Below, piece by piece: positions 60,386 through 64,000 of a stretch of DNA of 64,000 nt (position 1 is its first letter; the number at the start of each line of letters is the position of its first letter). Where the stretch lies: the NCBI GenBank assembly GCA_029838195.1, contig JALGVJ010000003.1, forward strand, positions 32,001 to 96,000, given 5' to 3'. The notes beneath the pieces were generated by a model. The model searched no databases, had not been told where the DNA came from, and was given only the letters and a program-made list of their open reading frames with translations. This DNA is from Promethearchaeota archaeon. Its GTDB lineage: Archaea > Asgardarchaeota > Lokiarchaeia > Sigyniarchaeales > SOKP01. A program made the position numbers and the translations under genes.

Positions 60386-60758
60386 AAATTTTCCAAGGAG
60401 CCCTTGAAAAATCAAGCGATCATAATTAATCTTAATTTAATTTTTTTTTAAATAGTCTTGGTTCTAATTATATAGTAAAAATCGGTTCCATGAAGAACGT
60501 GAATTAATTTTCGAAATAATAAAAGTTTAAAATTATCATGCATTATATGAACAAAATCATGGTATCCCCTGAAATACTAATAATAAGTTTTTTTTTAAAA
60601 GAAATTTTATAAACAATTTTTAGTTTGTTAAATTTGATTAAATATATTTTTAATTAAATAAGCAAAATTTTATAAATAAGAGAGATCATATTTAGATTAG
60701 ATCCCGAAAACTTTTTTACTAATTTTTTGAATGAAATAAAAAGAAAGAGGTCACATAA

Positions 60759-61298
60759 TTGGTCGCAATTATGAAAAACGATCTTTTTGAGCAATCAAAA
60801 TCCTTTTTCAAGGATAAAAAAATTTCAGATGCACTTGATGCATTTGAAAAAGCGATAAGTGCAGTTAATCGGTCTAATGAAAACGACAAAACTAAATATA
60901 TTGAATACTTGAACAAACTTCTACGCTACTGCCAGGAAAATGGATTATACGAGCAAGAAGCACTCGTATTGAGGAATTTAGGACGCATCCATTCCATTTT
61001 TAAGAATTATGCGGAAAGCATGAAATATCATTATAAGGCATTAAAGATTCAGCACAAATATGGGAAAAAACTAGATGTAGCGGAGGGTCTGGTGTTTTTA
61101 GCTGAAGATTTAGAAATCTCCGGAAACTATAGCGAATGTATACGGGCGTATACTGATGCAGAGAAGCTTTTTAAGGAAATAGGTAAATTGAGGAAAGCTA
61201 AAGAAATTGCTAAAGAAATCAAGCGTTTAAAATCGTTCTCCAAGGAAATCATCGAAGATGAGTATTATTTGAGTAAATTTAATATTAAGGATTTCTAA
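60759..61298 (+). CDS. TPR-repeat protein
   Basis: LRNLGRIH...A...Y.KAL repeats. Confidence 0.75.
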   Translation: MVAIMKNDLFEQSKSFFKDKKISDALDAFEKAISAVNRSNENDKTKYIEYLNKLLRYCQENGLYEQEALVLRNLGRIHSIFKNYAESMKYHYKALKIQHKYGKKLDVAEGLVFLAEDLEISGNYSECIRAYTDAEKLFKEIGKLRKAKEIAKEIKRLKSFSKEIIEDEYYLSKFNIKDF

Positions 61299-61533
61299 AT
61301 TACCTTACTTCTTTTCCATTTTACTCATCTCATTTCCTTGCTTTTATTTTAAAATTTTCTTAATTAATAATTTTTTAATGTTATCCAATTATTTACCTCA
61401 TTTAATGGGGTAGGGAAGTATTTCATTTATATATCATTTTAAATGATTTTTTAAGGGAATAATTAAAACTTAGCATGGTGGTATAATAAAAATAAAAGAA
61501 ATTTCTTAAAAAATGAGTTTTTTTATTCCCCGT

Positions 61534-62835
61534 TTATGGCTCGTTTAAAAAATCTTCATCAGATACTTGTCTACTCAACAATCGTTGGAGTTTTTTAATT
61601 GGTATTTTTGTCGTGTTGCTTATCTTTTTTAAATCTTCATATTCAGGCTTCATGTTAATGGTTTTCTTTCCATTCTTGGTTTCTACAAATGAAATTTTAT
61701 GCCTAACTTGAAACTGAGTTTCATTAATCAGGATATTGTAGGGTCTTATTGTTCTATCAATGCAAACTCTCTCAATTATGTGAAACCTAACTCCTAGTGT
61801 ACCTAATTCTTCTATCATTTTTTCTATTATATCGAAGACATTATCGGGCTTGCATAATATTTTTATCACGTGAGAAGGTCTATTTTTTTTAGTCAAGGCA
61901 GGAATTACTTGAATATCCAGAATGTTTTCTTTTTCCATTATCTTGATGAAATTTCCAAGAATTTCACCGGTTATATCATCAACATCGGTTTCTAATTCAG
62001 CGATTTCTTCAATGTAATTTTTCAATCGTGCGAATTCGGGGTGTTCTAAGTTAGATTTTTCCATGATCCCGTGATATAAACGTAGAACGTTTAAAAATTC
62101 TTGAAATTTCTTTTGACCACACCCTTGACCTATTTTTTCAATTCTCATGCGGGGAAGGTGGTCTTTAAATTTTGGTTTTAAATTTGCAAGCAAGGCCGCT
62201 CCTGTAGGAGTCACGAGTTCTGAATCAATGGGGCCTCCTTCAACCCTTAATCCCGAATTTTCTATAATTTTAACCGTGGCTGGTGCCGGAACGGGTAGCA
62301 TGCCATGAGCTGTTTTTACAATTCCTCCTCCTAAGGGAAGGGTACTACAATAAATTTGAACCTCATTTTCAAATAGGTTCAAATCATCTAATGTTAAAGC
62401 CACGCCGGTAATATCTAATAATGTATCGATGGAACTTAATTCATGTAAATGAAGAGCCTCAATATTTTTTCCATGAACACTTGCCTCCGCATTAATTAAA
62501 CTAAGTAAAACTTTTTTAGCATAATGTTTTGCTTCTGCAGAAATTGGAACACTATTTAAGAACGCTTCTAAACTCTCTCGTAAAACATGAGCAGAGCGAT
62601 GATTTTTTTTTTCTTTAATTTTAACATCAAGTCGATTTACTATTAAACCCATGCGCTCCGTTTTTAATAAGTTAATCTCAAATTTAGACACGCCCGATAA
62701 AAATTGGGGCAATGTTCTCAACTGATTTAGAATCTTTTCTGAATTTGGTGTCAGCTCTAATAAGGAGGCTAAAAAAATGTCTCCCGAGATACCAGAATTT
62801 CTAGCATCGATATATAAACAATGGGTTTCCTTCAT
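61534..62835 (-). CDS. larC: Nickel insertion protein LarC
   Basis: SGISGD, EASVHG...HLHE...DT..D, AHG.LPVPAPAT, TPTGAA, ETDVDD, TLGVR, KPEYED. Confidence 0.93.
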   Translation of the reverse strand: MKETHCLYIDARNSGISGDIFLASLLELTPNSEKILNQLRTLPQFLSGVSKFEINLLKTERMGLIVNRLDVKIKEKKNHRSAHVLRESLEAFLNSVPISAEAKHYAKKVLLSLINAEASVHGKNIEALHLHELSSIDTLLDITGVALTLDDLNLFENEVQIYCSTLPLGGGIVKTAHGMLPVPAPATVKIIENSGLRVEGGPIDSELVTPTGAALLANLKPKFKDHLPRMRIEKIGQGCGQKKFQEFLNVLRLYHGIMEKSNLEHPEFARLKNYIEEIAELETDVDDITGEILGNFIKIMEKENILDIQVIPALTKKNRPSHVIKILCKPDNVFDIIEKMIEELGTLGVRFHIIERVCIDRTIRPYNILINETQFQVRHKISFVETKNGKKTINMKPEYEDLKKISNTTKIPIKKLQRLLSRQVSDEDFLNEP

Positions 62836-62985
62836 GGTTCATTAAATTGGTGGTAATGAGTTATATTATGAGTACATGTTTCCAATTCAAGATGACATGT
62901 ATAAAAATATTGTAAACTACTATAATATTATTAGCATGAATTATTATTTTTAATACATTAAAAAAATAAAAAAATTAAAAATCTC

Positions 62986-63720
62986 ATGTCTGAACTCCAA
63001 ACAATTAAGTGCTATTTGAATCAATTGCCCGCCACATTCCTAAAATTGCTTAACATCGAGCCTCCATTAGATATTATCCCAGCTCCCGTTAAGGATCTTT
63101 TAGATATATATCAAGGAATTAATAGAATTACCATTAACATGATTGATAATTTTGGCTTGTTTGAAATAACCTATCTCAAACCAGAATTTATGATCACCAA
63201 GTCTCAAGTCATGTTATTACTTTCTACCAAAAATCCATACACGCTTGGTGTTTTTCATCAGCTCATGTTTGGAGGGTTTGAAACGGAACCGAAGGGATTT
63301 CATTTTTTAAAATATCTTAATAAGAAAGGCAAGAAATCTTGCCTTATCATGAGAAAAAAGGATTTAGAGCGATATGATGGAGGAACTCTTTCGATTGCTA
63401 AAAATTCTGATATGGAAACGTGGGTAGAATCCGCAAAAATCATTAATAATTATGATCTCTCATGGATGCATTATTTAGATTTCGAAAATCTTCACAAAAC
63501 CCAACAAAAATTAATGCAAAGGACGCCTGAAGAATTAATACAAAAATTATTGATCCGAACAGATAAATGGATCTTGGGAAATTTCAAACAATTAAGAAAC
63601 AATTCCCTCATGGTAATCATTGGAACCCATGGAAGAGCTAAGATGGATTTTAAATATTCCGGAAAAATAGCTCAGTGGCGAGAAGCTAGCGTTCCAATTG
63701 CCATTTTCATTAAAAAATAA
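62986..63720 (+). CDS. Alkaline-phosphatase-superfamily-like protein, apparently degenerate
   Basis: LPAT...L, MIDNFG, HYLDFE..H, IIGTHG, VP pattern. Confidence 0.55.
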   Translation: MSELQTIKCYLNQLPATFLKLLNIEPPLDIIPAPVKDLLDIYQGINRITINMIDNFGLFEITYLKPEFMITKSQVMLLLSTKNPYTLGVFHQLMFGGFETEPKGFHFLKYLNKKGKKSCLIMRKKDLERYDGGTLSIAKNSDMETWVESAKIINNYDLSWMHYLDFENLHKTQQKLMQRTPEELIQKLLIRTDKWILGNFKQLRNNSLMVIIGTHGRAKMDFKYSGKIAQWREASVPIAIFIKK

Positions 63721-63768
63721 ATTTTGATAATATTTTTCATAATACGATTCCTATTTATTTTGAATAAG

Positions 63769-64000
63769 ATGGGAGAAAAAGAATACGAGCGGTTTACAGT
63801 CTCTCTTCCCAAAAAACTTTTCAAAGAATTTGAAACCTTTAGAAAAAAAATCAAACTTTCTCGCTCAGAAAGCATCCGAAAAGCAATGGGTATCTATATG
63901 GCAAATGAAGAGAAATATTTTAAATTCTCTGGAAATGTCGTAGGATGCATTACCCTGATATATCGTCATGAACATTTTCTCTTACGGGATGAGCACGAGC
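63769..64000 (+). CDS. nikR: NikR-like nickel-responsive regulator (partial, runs off the window)
   Basis: MGEKEYERFTVSLPKKLFKEFE...SRSESIRKAM ribbon-helix-helix, then VGCITLIYRH; close to larC. Not in the ORF track. Confidence 0.8.
   Translation, partial: MGEKEYERFTVSLPKKLFKEFETFRKKIKLSRSESIRKAMGIYMANEEKYFKFSGNVVGCITLIYRHEHFLLRDEHE

Noticed and set aside
2303-63875. Numerous 60-140 aa ORFs nested in or antisense to long genes
   Set aside because: Shadow ORFs overlapping well-supported CDSs
1-64000. CRISPR arrays, transposases, integrases, rRNA
   Set aside because: No regularly spaced repeats or recognisable motifs were seen

Overview
Archaeal chromosomal DNA, almost certainly from an Asgard (Lokiarchaeia-like) genome. 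Evidence: an ESCRT cluster (Vps22/36, Vps25, MIT-Vps4, Vps2/24/46), archaeal-type PEP carboxylase and PGK, NIP7/NOP2, BHB-intron tRNAs and GGTGA-type ribosome-binding sites. Bases 1-18,160 form a visibly AT-richer, nuclease-dense island. It carries a Rad50/YhaN-like ATPase with a transmembrane hairpin at its coiled-coil apex, a DUF6884-like protein, a tandem GIY-YIG nuclease, a nurA-herA-HNH operon, and an SMC-like ABC ATPase fused to a Regnase-1/Zc3h12a-type NYN RNase followed by a wHTH/Zn-finger gene. This last module is the best candidate for an undescribed defence system. The rest is mostly housekeeping and metabolic genes: Ldh_2, CDF, a CrtI-like/ferredoxin-reductase pair, ppcA, mtnA, dus, glgP, an SPL-like PLP enzyme, an NDP-sugar synthase, pfkB, pgk, GH20, larB, larC and nikR. 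Other features: a MIT-TPR protein, a sulfatase-MFS-MFS block bracketed by ~135-bp direct repeats, tRNA-Gly(GCC) with two non-canonical introns, tRNA-Val(GAC) with a canonical intron, and several genes that appear to start at ATA/ATC codons. All calls come from motif recognition by eye; no searches were run.
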